A DNA stretch of 64,000 nucleotides from Chrysomallon squamiferum (taxonomy: Eukaryota; Animalia; Mollusca): contig CM022670.1 of NCBI GenBank assembly GCA_012295275.1, forward strand, positions 28,210,001 to 28,274,000, read 5' to 3'. The position numbers and the translations under genes were made by a program. Numbering within the stretch: position 1 is the stretch's first letter; each line of letters begins with the position of its first letter. Shown here piece after piece: positions 48,001-61,620 of the stretch. The notes under the pieces are model-generated. The model had not been told where the DNA came from and made no database searches. It saw only the letters and a list, made by a program, of their open reading frames with translations.

Positions 48001-50849
48001 GCAAAAATTTAAGATAAAATTTGAAGCCCCCAAAATCAATAAGTTATACATTTTGGATTATTGACACTGTCTGTACTGGCTCGAATTTCTTTTACAGATA
48101 CATATGAATATGAATTATAAATATTGCATGTACATAAGATTTATCTTTATTTTAATTGTTTTTAAGTAAAATATCTCATGCAACATAATGTGTAATTATT
48201 AGTGATTTACTCTAAGATGCCAAGAGAGGAAGGATTAATTTCTTTTGTTTTATTTCTTTTTATTTCTTCTTTTTTTTATATAGAATCATTGTTTGTGTCC
48301 ATTTTTTTTTATATCTGCAAAATAAGTTTAGAAAAACCCTAAATTTTTAAAATTAATATTAATATTTAATTTACTTAAATTTCATGTCAGGTAAAATAAG
48401 TATAAGGTAAGAATATAAGTATTGTAAATCTGTTTTCTTTTTTGATTGATCATCTTTTTCATTTAACCTTTTTGCCATTCATAGTCTAACCCTACATTTA
48501 TTTATAAAAAACATCTCTCCACCTAAGCTCTAGTTTGGTTTATGCCACATATTTTTCTTTCTTGTTCTTGTTTCCTCTCTTTGTCAGTCTTCTCTTTCAA
48601 ACCTTAGTTCCTGTCTAGAACTAAGTTCTACAATTTTTCTTCTTTATTCCAAAATTCTTGAGTTTGTACCAGACCTTTCAATATCATGGACACTTTCTGT
48701 TAAATAAAATATATACACATCTGATTAAACTACATGAGAATATAAAAATATCTGAAGTTTATACATATCTTGGATTATTTCTTCTGGTGTAAAGTAAACA
48801 GCGATAACTGATAAGCTGTATGAAAATGTGTAGATATTTAGTATTACATGTTCCTAAGAGGTCTTCTGTTACAACAAAACTTCAAAGCAAAACCATTACT
48901 TATCAAAATTTAATCTGTACCTAACATTACATGTCATCATTTTATCTGTAGTGCAAATTAATTTGAAACATAGTCATATTACATTCAAAACACATGAAGA
49001 TTACCAATAGTATATTTTTATTTAAATTTATTGTGAATTTGGTTTTAGCTCAGCAAGACATAATTACATCTGTCTAAAATTTAAACTAAGTTTGTTTAGG
49101 AAAAAGTATTAAAACAGCATTTTCAATTTATGAATTGTATTGTTTAAGTATATGTGTGTATTTTGATGAAATTTGCAGCACAAAACTGTCTCATATCATT
49201 GACTTGTTTAATAATTATTATAAGATCATATTAAAGAGAGTAATATCTGTTAAAATAGATACTGTTTTTAACTTGCCATATGCACATACATACATTTATA
49301 TTAGTTACTCCTTTTGGACTTCATCACTTTTGTTTTACTTGCATTTATTATATTATATTATTATTATTATTATTATTATTTTATTTTATTTTTATTTTTT
49401 CATTTCATAATAATAAATTAGAAAATTCCAAGAAATAGTAGGTATAGATTTTTTTTTTTTAAATATATGATATAATGTATACATATAAAACTCAGTTTAT
49501 AGCATCATTGATTTTATTACTTTTTTTTTTTTTCATCCTTTGTTATTAAAGAGAGATCTGTCTAGAGACTGGCTTACCACTTGCACAGAATTAATCTGTT
49601 TGTTTATATTTCAGTTTGAACCTCAGCAACTATTGCAAGCTTCATACTCCTGCAAAACAGATGGGATCCAAGGCTGGAGGTAGGAAACAATTTGCTACTC
49701 CTTTTCCATTTCATTTTCTACTTCTTCCACTTGCATGAAACAGTCTATGTAAATGATTATGTTTAATTCACTATATCCTGTTGTGCTGAGACAATTTTCT
49801 GCTTCATCATTTTCTATCCTATTTTCTAAATGTTCTGAAAGCATTAAATAGTCTACATAAATAATTATGTCTAATTCATTGTATCCTGTTTATTTGTGGT
49901 AGGTGAATTATTCATTTACTTTTCATTAATGTAATTTGTTGGTTAACAGAATGTACCATTAAAAAGAGTTTTTCATAAACAGTTAAACTGTTTTATTTTG
50001 CTATACTTAATTTCACATTTGTTTTAGTTTTTTTATTCCTGGGTTTTATAGACTAATATATGATGGCTATCACATTCTGTCTGTTTGTCTGTATTTATGT
50101 CCATCCATCACATTAATTTTGTATACTTTCTGGTTTTTTTTTATTGACTTAGATGTTTATGCAGGCAAGCCTGTCAATTTTGTTTGTTCATTGGTCTGTC
50201 TGTTTCTGACCATCCATAATATGCAATTCCATATGAACATTCAAAAAAATATTTATGAGAAAAAGAAAGTTCAAGAAATTGTTTTTCAGTTGAAAAAACT
50301 ACAGGGTTGCAAATATAGAGAACTTGAAAATTTCATTTATCTATTATAATGTCTTATTTTTTTCTTCTATATTTCAATGATTCATTTCTAAAATTACAAA
50401 ATAAAGTAAGAAATTTCTCCATCCCTGACCCCAGTTCCACAAGCAAATCAATCCCAAAATACACAATAAATATAAATAAAAACAAAACATTTTTGAATGT
50501 TTTTTTTTTTTTTTTCTTTTTACATTTAAACCAGATTCCTAAAATGAAACCCATAAAGATAACCTAAAATAATTTATTTTTTGAAACAGTCCATTTCTAA
50601 GATGAATAAGGATATTTATTTGACTTGTGTCAAGATCTAAAGTTCATAATTTCTTAATATTTGCTTTTAATTAATTACTGCACTTGGTGAGTAAACATGT
50701 TCCTGTCTTTTCTGTGGAAGTAATAACCTAACAGCCACATGCTGCTTCTTTGCAATCAGTTATCTCGGTTTGTCAAGCACGAAGATAACAAGTGTGAAAA
50801 CAAGAATTTTGTTAGAAATGAAGGATTAGTGGGTAAGTAAAACATTATT

Positions 50850-51420
50850 TTGTTAATAAATAACTCTCTATATTGTTTTATTAATAAATAACATAATATT
50901 GTTTTTTTCTACTTTGTTTTCTTTCAGTAAATAATTTTCTCTATTACTTTCTTAAGAAATAACTTTCTATATAACTTTGTTAATAAATGTCTCCATTGCT
51001 CTAAATAAATAACTTTCTGTATAACCTTTTCAATAAATAACTTTATCATTTTCTTAATAAATACCTTTTCCTTATTAACTTCTTAATGAATAACTTTCCA
51101 AATAACCTTTTCAGTCACTTTCTACATAACCTTTTCAGTAAATAACTTTCTTTATTATTTTCTTAATAAATAACTTTCAGTGTCATTTTCTTAATTAATA
51201 AATAACTTTCTCTATCACTTTCTTAATAAATAACTTTTTCTATCGCTTTGTTAATAAATAACTTTCTCTGTCAGTTTCTTAATAAATAACTTTTTCTGTT
51301 AATTCCTTAATGAATAACCTTTCTAATAAATAACTTTTTGTATATCTTTTTTAATAAAAAAAAATTTCTTTATCACTTTGTTAATAAATAAATTTGTCAC
51401 TTTTTTAATAAATACCTTTA
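50850..51420. repeat. 28-bp minisatellite, roughly 20 degenerate copies
   Basis: Unit approximately TCTTAATAAATAACTTTCTCTATCACTT. Confidence 0.9.
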
Positions 51421-53319
51421 ATAATAGAACATAAGTTATTTATATATTTGAAGAATTCAGTTGAATACTCTTGCTGATTTTATAAGGTTTTCATTTTAGT
51501 GTTATTATTCCTTTGTGTTTTTAGAGTTTCCATTTTTATTGTGTCATTGTAGCAATACTGATAACTACATCTGAACATTATTAATAGAAACTGTGCTATA
51601 TAAATGTTTTATTTACTATTATTATTATTTTTTACTTTTGTTTTGAATGTTTACGAGTTATGTTAATAGCTGTTTTATATGAAAATGTAGTGAATGAGTC
51701 AACATAAATTATTTCATTGTTTAGTTTATTATACCTTTGATTCTTTTAACTGAAAAGAAATGTTTGAAAACATATTTATAGATTGAAAAAGAGAAAAATG
51801 GCAGAAATTGTTTCTTTTTATTTTATATAACATGCATTTTACAATGTGTCATTAACTTTCAATCTAACCATCAATTTATCCACATATCTAACTGTGCAGT
51901 GTGCATATCTTTGAGTTTGTTTCTATACTGCAAGACAGACACAGTACACGTAATCTGTTGGACCTTTCATCTCAAATTTTCCAACCATTTCAGCTTCATT
52001 AGTAGATGAACCAAAATATTTCATATAATATATATATTTTTTCCTTTTCCAAATAACATGATCTGAGTAAACAGTCTTAAAGTAGAATAATAGAGATAAA
52101 AAGGAAGAGAGTGGCTGTCAGGGATTAACATGTCCTGTTACAAATAATGGTTTGGTGTTAAGCAAGGAGGCAAGTCTTAAACAGCCCATCACTTCTGTGT
52201 TGACGCAGCATGTCTTTGCATGGAGCTCTTGTTTGCTTTACTAGAAAGTTTGATGTCTTTCATATTAATTTAAAAGCTTTTATTATTATAATTTTTTTAA
52301 CATTCTTTCTAATGCACTTATAATTATATTTTTTCTTCAAGTAGTTCTAATACATTTATTTGTAAAAGTTCATAAATGTTAATGGTCAAATTCTGGATTG
52401 CATATTTCAGTCATCTTGTGATTAAACTGCTGCACTGAAATGGATAAAAGGCATGTAAAAACATTCACAGTTGTTGAAAGTCCATATCCTGAACATTTAC
52501 TGATCTTAAAAATAAACAGACTTAAAAGCAAAAATCCCTATCATTTTTTAAAGATCTGTAGATTTCTTCTTCATATTGAAGAACAGAAGCAAAAAGATCA
52601 AAGTTAAAACTTATATGTAGATTCTTATACGTCTTCACTATTGATATGTTTTACTTTATTTTTATAAGAAAAACTTCCTGATTGTCTCACTCTTCTTATC
52701 TGAAATCTCTATCATTGGCATATCTATCTTTAGGACTCTTAAAATTAATTTCTCACTCAAACGTTTTTTTCTCTGTCTGCAGCTTATTTGTACCTTTTAT
52801 GTCCTCCACAGCTGACATATTTGACTTTATAAGAAATCCCATTTACGTATTTGTGTTTATAAATTCCTAAAAGTGTTTTATTTTTCTTTATAAAGTTTTC
52901 ACCACTGATTTGTTTCTCCTTATAAGAATACCCACTTTGTTATATTTAATTTTATGAGAGTTCTCCATTTTTCATTTTTTAATATGTTTATTATTTAGCA
53001 ATCCTCATACCACTTTGCTATTTGTCTATATCAGATTTCCATCATTGACATATGCACATGAAACCTTATTTCGATTTATTTGTTTTCATAAAATCCCATT
53101 ATTGACTTATCTATGTAAGAATCCTAATTTGTATGTCTTCCTTGCTGGGTTCTCTTCATTATTAAAGGCCTGAGAAAGATAGATCTTATAATTTAACAAG
53201 ATGCCAATTTTCAGTAAAGGTGATATGTCCTTTGTTTAACCTTTCAACAAGTAATGCTGATGTCTGCAGTTAGATGTGAAGTTGTAAATTAACAAGAAAT
53301 TAATTTTGATGAATAATCA

Positions 53320-53850
53320 CTGAGGTTGTATTGGGAAATTAATCATGGTAGAATTGTGATGGGATTGTAGTTGAAAAATGAATCATGGGAGAATTGTGAT
53401 GGATTTGTAATAGGAAAATTAATCATGACAGAGTAAAGGCAAAGTTGTAATTGGAAAATGAATCATTACTAAATTGTGATGGAATTGTAATAGGACTTTG
53501 ATTGTGATTATAGTGTTAAAGTTATGGAAATGTATTCTTCATAGAATAGAATGAATGTACTGTCCAGTGAAATCAAATTTATTTGGGGATTTTGATTATT
53601 TGTGACATAGTAATGAAGTTGAAAATAGTCATGATGGAATTGTGATGAAATTTTAATGTTTTTGTTTGGGTGGAGGTGATGTTGTAATAGTAAATTAGTT
53701 GTGAAGGAAGAAAATGAAGTTGTACTGGAAAAAATTAGGCTAACAGTAAAGTTATATTTAGAAATGTATTGAAATGATGATACAGTGAAACTGCAAAAGT
53801 GATTATTAGTTGTGATGGAAGAGTAGTGAAGTTGTAATCAGAAATATCAC
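53320..53850. repeat. ~40-bp degenerate tandem repeat
   Basis: Unit approximately TTGTAATTGGAAAATGAATCATGGGAGAATTGTGATGGGA, decaying rightwards. Confidence 0.8.
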
Positions 53851-56800
53851 AGGTATATCACATAGAGGTCAATTCAAGGAGTAATGAATTTAAACAGACA
53901 TTATTGTGATGTAGATGTTATGATAATGGGAAGTTAGTATTAACAGAACTATACTTACTTTTTGACATCTTTGCTATACTGTGTTAATCACAAAATTACC
54001 CACAAAGAAAGATAACTCTTGAATCTTTATAATAAAGAGATGTAGATGTGAAAGAGAGATAGTTCTGCAAGACCCATGATACAGAAATAGTTATTTATAC
54101 TGCTTTTTTATTTATATACATATATTATTGTATTTTGACACGGTGTTTCAAACTGAGCATCTTTTTATCTTTTTTCTTATTTACAGTTTGCTGTAAAAAA
54201 CATAACCATTGACTTCTGTATTGAGTTTTGTAGATACAGATCAAGGAGATTTCTTTGAAATAGTTAACATAGTATGTTACTTTGTTAATGAAAAAAACAA
54301 CAACCCAAAATATTTGATGGGTTTTCACAAACAGAATTGTGACCAGTAATATTTTTGTAAAGTCATTATGTTAGAATAATATATGTGAAATAGATATATC
54401 AGATAAAATATGACCTGAGTTTAACTCTATTAAAGAAGATTCAAACATATGTATACTTAGAATTCCAACAAAATAATGTTGCCAAAAAATCAAAATCTAA
54501 TTACATTCTGGCTTAAAATCTTTTAAAATATTTTAGCTTAGTTCAGCATTTTAAAGAAGAAGAAAAACAACAACATTCTTTTATAATTTAAGCTTTAGAT
54601 TTAAAGTTGAAGAATGGATGACATGAAAAGAAATAAAGGTATATGTATATATTTAAAAGATGACAGTGAAATTCATAATTTAAACATTAGACAGATAATA
54701 AAGTCAGGATGACAGTAAGAAAAATCTATTAAAACATTTATGTGATCATGTTTAAAACAAAAATGAGTTATACCCATAACTTGGCTTGGCATTACAAAAA
54801 CAATTTAAAATTTAAATTTGGAGTTTAAATTGAAATCTGGATAATATTACCAAATGCATATAAACTGTTTATACATTTTAATGAAATGTTTTAAAATGTC
54901 AGTGGTTTTAATAGCTTTGCTTTGCAGTTTAATGCAGCTATAATTTAGATTCAGACTAAAGTTGAAGTCTATATTACTAAACCTGTCTAATATATTTATC
55001 GCATGTAAATTTTAATGGAGATTTTAAAATTTAAAGTGGTATCTATAGCTTAAGTCTCTACAACAAAGCAAGGACAAATGTCAAAAATATATTTATTTTC
55101 AATTTAATGAAAAAAAAGTAAAAGAACAAAAAATATTTGTGGATAATCAGGTTTAATGTAACTGGTTAATATGTTAATATTAATTTATTAGTTTGAAAAC
55201 AAATAGTGAAAAAAAAAACCCACATAAAAAACCAAGAAAACAAAACAAACAAATAAAAAATCTCATTATATAAGATTTACAGACATAATTTTGCCAGAAG
55301 AACATTTCAGGGTAATTCATAATTACATGAACAATAATGCTGTTAATTATATTTGATTATTCTGTGACATTTCTCAGCTGAAATTGTAGTATGTTTCTAT
55401 TCTTTAATAAATTATGGATATTACAGAGAATTATAATAAATTATTAAACTGAGTGATTGAAAAATAATCTGTGGTTCAAATTGCATGTTTCTGTTTGACT
55501 TAAAATTAGAGTTACTTGGCATGTTGAAGAGTAAAAGTGATAATCCATTGGTAAAATAATTTTCTTTAAGCTTAATAGGTCATAAGATCATCCTTCCAGA
55601 GTTAGACAGAATCTCTAGTTCTGTATATCAAAGATCTGTTTTCCTTTTAGTACAAGATAACATTTGGAAAATTGATAAAATAAGGTTATATAATGGCAGT
55701 AGTATTTTTCTGTATTTGAATTTTGGATTTTGTTGCTATTTTTCTGTTGTTGATTAATTTCTTTGATGAAATTTTTTTGCTTTTTGTTTTGACTGTAATT
55801 TAAAAATTGGTTTTTGTTTTACTCGAGTCACAGGTGTTTTCTATAATTTCAATCATGAATATTCATATTCTTGATTCTGCTTCCTGTCTAAAATAATGAT
55901 ACAAAAATTTGTTACTGACGAAATTAAAGCAAATTTAATTTATTACAACAGAATAGCAAACTAATGACAAAAGCAATGCTGTAGCCATTAATTTAAAAGA
56001 TATATAAAAAAAAAAATTCTTTACTTTCAAGAAACCAATTTAAGCTACAAGATGGCCATGAAACTATTCATCTTGATATCATTTTCGCAAAGGGCTGAAA
56101 ATGAAAAAAAAGAAATAAAGAAAGATATTGAGAAAAAAAAAAAATTATTATTTTTATTTTCCTTTCTATTCTTTCCAAAACATGTTTTTTAATTTTTTAT
56201 TTTTTCTTTTTTTTTTTTTTTTTTTCAATTTCATCTTTTTTAATTATTATTTTCTTCTTCTTTTTTTTTCTCTCTCTCTTTTTTGGGTGGGTGAGGAGGG
56301 AGCTAATGACTATTTTTTTTGTTTTGTCAGGTTATAATGTTGTTTTTATTTTTCTGTGTGTGTGTGGGTGTGTTTTTTTTCATGTTAAAATTGTTCTTTC
56401 CCTTTTGGTCTTTTTTTTTTTTTTTTTTTTATCTGTAGTAATCAGATGCTAATGCAATAGGAAAGAGGGAAGTGGAGGGAAATGAAATCTCTGACTGTAT
56501 GTTTTAACTTGACAGATTATATTGCAAGATTGAAATCCTGATTTCAGATATCCTTGAGATGTTAAGAAAATACTTAGAGTGAATTGCATGAGTTTACCAA
56601 ATTGCAGATATGATAAACACTGGTACTTCTTTCCCAAGTATCAAGCATGCAAAATGCAAGATCTCCATGCATCATTTCCTTGTTTCTTTTTATACTCTTA
56701 TTGATGACATCTGCATTTTTTTTGTTGATATTCTGAATTTAGTAAACATTAGGTTATACTGGTTTTTTATGTCACTGAAAACAGACACTGACTGTTCTGA

Positions 56801-59800
56801 GATGGAAAACTTCTGTTTTTCATTTTACTAACGGTGAAATTTGATATCACCATGATGGCTTTGTCAGAGTTTTTTGTGCTTTTATTTTCTTGGCTTGTGA
56901 TTTTTTTTTTTTTTAATTTTTTTTTTTCATTTTTTTTTTTTTTTTTAATTTATATTTTTTTTTTCTGTTATAAATATCTGTTAGAGAATTAACTTAAACT
57001 TTTTTTTGTATAAAATTGCATTAAATAATATGGCTAAAAGGCATTATCCTCTAGAATTTCTTTGTTTTAATTCTTTTAATATTGAAATAATGCTAAAATA
57101 ATGTCATACTTATTCTGTTGTTTATTCAGAGTTCAGAATAAATCTAGTAACATGAAGCACTTTTTAATATAATATAAAATTAACTAGATTAATGTAACTT
57201 TTCATAATAAATTATTAATATGAAAATATCTGAAAATAATACTTTTGCAGTTAATATTTCTTTAAATTACTTAACGACAGATAAAAAAAGAAATAAAAAA
57301 AGAATAAAAAAAAAGAAATAAAGTTTAATAGATAAAGGTCATATTTATTGTAATCTGTGATTCTATCCAATAGGTTCAAAACACAAAACCAGTAATATTT
57401 TACTATATTGGTAACAGAGCAAGAAAAGACTATTCTAAATGACTAACGTACTTTAGTAACCACAATAAGACTGTTGGTCTTGAAAACTGTTTGTAATATT
57501 AAGGCAGGAAAACATTTTTTAAATCTAATTTCTTGTACAGAAGTGGATTTACATAATATTTCGTTCTTCCAGTTTGTCTTGTGAATGTAGTTTTAGATGC
57601 GAAATATGCATTCAGAAAGCAAAACAAAACAAAAGCAAAATAAAAACCATAACAGAACAGAACACCATCAAAGACAATGGATTATTATTTTGTATTTTTC
57701 AGATGAAAATATGCATCTTTTATATATATAAATGTTCAGCTATGCAATAATATCCATTTATTCATCAAAGCTTAATAATATTATTTAAACATGGATTAAC
57801 CTGTATTAAAATTTTAAAAAATGAAAAAAAAAAAAAAAAGAATTATAATAATAATAATAAAAAATAAATAAATAAATAAAATCCCCCCCCAGCCACAAAA
57901 TAATAAAAGTAAGGTGGTACAAGTACTAATATTAGGCCTACTGCTGCTCCTGCTGCTTCTACTATTATAACAAACACAACAACAATAATAGCTAAAAAGA
58001 TATTGAAAAAATAAAGGCAATACAAAGAGTATTTCAGGTATATGTAAAATCAATCTTGTTTTCATAATTCCCATGTGTAGCTTAAATCATTAACATAATA
58101 TATTTAAATCCAAAACAACATCTGGTAAATAGTTTAAATGCAAATTCATTCATATGGAAACTCAGTAAAGATGACATCTGTGACACAAATTAAAGTGTCA
58201 CATTTCCAGGAGGGTATAAAATAGATTTTCTTCAATAAAACAAGAATGTGTACTCAGTTAAATAATAAGAAATATATAAAAAGTACATTATTTCAAAATT
58301 GTAAGTGGCAATAAAACTAACAGAAATGTAAAATAATCTTACTTTTTTTTTTTTTTAAATCTTTTTTCTTCTTCTTCTTTTTCTAATATTCGTTTTTTGA
58401 TCTGTTGGATATGCCAATGTAATGTATTGGAAGTTAGTCAGCTGGAAAGATCAAAATATGACATACAAATGGTAATATTATCTGTAGTAAAATTAAAAAA
58501 ATGAAATCACCATTAAAATATATCTCTCAACTTGGTTTTTGTTACATGTGTTTATACTGACATTTTAATTTTTTTTATTAGTCTGACTAGTCATCCATCT
58601 GTCCATCCAATGTTTAAACAATACTTATAGCTAGCAGTCTCTTCATTTATTCAACCTTTCATCACTATTTGAATCTTTTGAATTTTATGATAGCTATGTA
58701 ATTTATCATCCATTTATCCAGTCATGCATCAACCATCCATCAGTCCATTTATCCAGTGTTTCAAAATTTAAAAAAACACAAATATATATATTTTCAAATT
58801 CTCATATTCATTAAAACATAAAGATTAGTGATTTTCATCACTTTATTTCAGACATATGTGATTCTTAAAATTGATAACAGTTCCACAATAATAGGGTCCA
58901 TTCATGATCCTTGGTTTGCTAAAACCCAATACTCAAAAGTAAAAATAATAAAACCTTACTCTTGATCCAGATAAAATATTTACTTAACTGTTAGCATGAA
59001 AACATGATTATTTGGTCTGGCATTCCTGGTGGAGACAGACATGAACAAACTGACAGTTAAAGTGATATCAGAAACACTTAAAAATTGACAAGCATGTCTG
59101 CCAGAAAAGTTTTGTCTTTCAGTACTGGCCACTCCAAGTGATACCAAATCTAAAGTAAACTTGGCTTTCAAGGAGGAACAAGTCTATGAATATATTCATC
59201 TTTGTATGATGGGCGAGTTGTTGATAACGAAGGCATGTTTTTTGGAGTGTTGGCAAAAAAATAAAAGCTAAGAAATAATAAAGATATCTTTCCTAGAACA
59301 TCTGATATACCAGCAGTAGAAGTCTGCTTCATAAAGAACAAGAACTTCCTTTTTTAACACTTGAACTGCAGGGCAGATTCAGAACCTGACTCCACCCATA
59401 GAAACTGTTTCTTAACACCCAGAAGTAGCATACACCCCTAGATGGCTTCTATTGGGAGATTGTCTGAAAGCTGATGAGATAGGCAGCGTAATGGGGAAAA
59501 CAGGTAAACCATGACAGCCAATCTTGTAAGACGAACATAATCTGCCTACTTCAGACCTATTCAGATAATAGCCTTTCACAAATGATCTGACCCAATCTAA
59601 CCCCCGACTGCTGCAAATAAAGATATCCTCATAGCAGTGTTTCCTTAAGACTTCCAACATGAAATGTATTTTTCTTACTGAATTGTTTATTTGTGGAAAG
59701 TATTATAGTTTGTACTTTAAGAATGGCTAAAATGTTTGGTTTAAAAGCTTTTAAAGAAATCTGTAATAGCTACCACCTCCTGAGTTTAAAATGTAAACAA

Positions 59801-61534
59801 AAATAAACAAAAGGATTAAAAAGAAAAGTTTCACAACATCTGGATCTTCTTATAATAATAATAATATAAAGAATAGTGATGAAAAAATAGTAGTAGTAGT
59901 ATTTAAACAGATTTAAAATAGTTATTGTCGATTTGGATTTTATTCTTTTGTTCTTATTAAATTTGACACTTTATGCATGTTTTTCATTTTATGGCACAAA
60001 AATCAGCTAGTTATATCAAAATTTTAAAATATACATATTTATATTTGTAACATTCAAAGAAATTAGGTCAGTAAATATGTGTGTATGAGTTTGAATATGT
60101 ATAACCCTGCATATGCATACTTTAAAATAGTTTAATATTTAAATAATTAAGAATGTGAATGTACAAAAATTTGTGTCTCTGCAAGCATGACAAAATCTGT
60201 AGCTATATTATTTACATAAACACATATCAACTATTATTAAGTAGATGCCTGTTACTGATTTAAACATAAATACATGAATATTATTATTATATTGCATGAC
60301 ATTTCATACTAGTCATTATTTCTATCTTGTACAGAAAATTGTTCACAAAGTAGGCATGCTTGTATGTTTATCAGATGTATGGAATCATGATGAACATTAA
60401 CCTACACCCCCATGCTGAGGTGGATCCTTTTCATTATGAGTTTTAACAGCCACCACCTGCTGTGTATTTTTGGTTTGCCAGCGACAGAATAAGCTGGGTG
60501 AGTAACTAAAATTTGTATGAACCTAACAGTAACATTGCACAAAAGCTGCACATAAAATCTGTCATGTAAGTCAACATACACTGAGAGGTCGTGTAACTTT
60601 TACTTTGCCAAGCAAACATCACTGAAGAGACACATTTAAACCTGCTGTCACCTAGGGTGACTCTTTCAATTGGAACTGTTAATAACACTCCAGTCACACC
60701 TGTCAATCATTTACAGCCAGCTTGAACTAACAGATATCTTGTATTAATGTTGTATTAATATAAGATGTGGTTTTCCATTAATTTTTATGTTATTAAAAAA
60801 GAATAAGGTTATGGCATAAGAATATTATTATTAACAGTATTATTGTTGTTATTTATTAAAATTATTGTTATGACTGTTATTATTTTTATTGGTTATTGTT
60901 AATATTGTTATTACTTTTATTATTAGCAATATTATTATTACTACAACTAATGCAATCATCATCATTCCTCTTCACATAAAAATATAATTTCAAAAAAGAA
61001 ATTCTGATTGTCCTGTGACATAGGTGTCAAGAATTAGAGTCATTTGATAGCAATCATTACTTTATCAATTGCTGTTACCTTTCGTGATATAAGTAATTTT
61101 TTTTTTTTTCTGCCTGGTTTCACCTGCATTGACAGTATTAAATAAGTGAACTCTGACTCTGATAATCCTCCAGTTGAATTATCAGTTTGTTAAGTTTCTC
61201 TTTACAATGTTAAGTCAGTGAGAGTCGTCTCAAGAATTTGAATTTTCTTTTCTTTTGTATTTTTATGTAATTAATTATATTTACCTGCTATCTGTTCATT
61301 TCCTTCTGTATCTGTCTATCTGTTAATTACTATTATTACTACTATAGCTGCTGCTGCTGCTACAACAACAGCTTCTGTTACTATTGCTAATGTTACTGAT
61401 AAACTGACTATATGATAACACATAAATCATAAACTTATTTATTCATTTCAAAACTCTATCCTGTCACACCAGTTTGCAATTTATATGTGAGAAAACACAT
61501 TTGTTTGTGTTCTGCAACCTTGTTTTTATATAGC

Positions 61535-61620
61535 AGTGGGCTGGAGTTCATTGGATAGAGAAATGGACCGAGGCTAGGGAGATCAGTGGCTTATTTCCTG
61601 TTCCAGCCATGACCCACATT
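61535..61620 (+). mobile_element. Degenerate tRNA-derived SINE remnant
   Basis: A-box-like GGAGTTCATTGGATAGAG followed by GGCTTATTTCCTGTTCCAGCCA, resembling a gastropod SINE core as I recall it. Related scraps at ~1553-1640, ~14117-14170, ~19003-19055 and ~24820-24885. Confidence 0.4.

Larger units (their letters stand above)
45750..59780 (-). pseudogene. Decayed multi-exon Tudor-domain gene, TDRD12-like
   Basis: Exon-like blocks with AG/GT ends but many stops and frameshifts: ~58960-59779, ~55460-55887, ~51735-53169, ~49578-49834, ~48375-48696, ~47030-47464, ~45750-46380. Stitched translations show extended-Tudor motifs: DWVRSFV, LRCLSHQLSDNLPIEAI*GCMLLLGVK, FTLDLVSLGVA, TVRYVD, GIKP...KSTVYI...IVNSFKHL...LLALKD. 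Confidence 0.65.

Noticed and set aside
50850-51420. CRISPR-like 28-bp repeats
   Set aside because: The units are contiguous and degenerate, with no unique spacers or cas genes, in a eukaryotic context.
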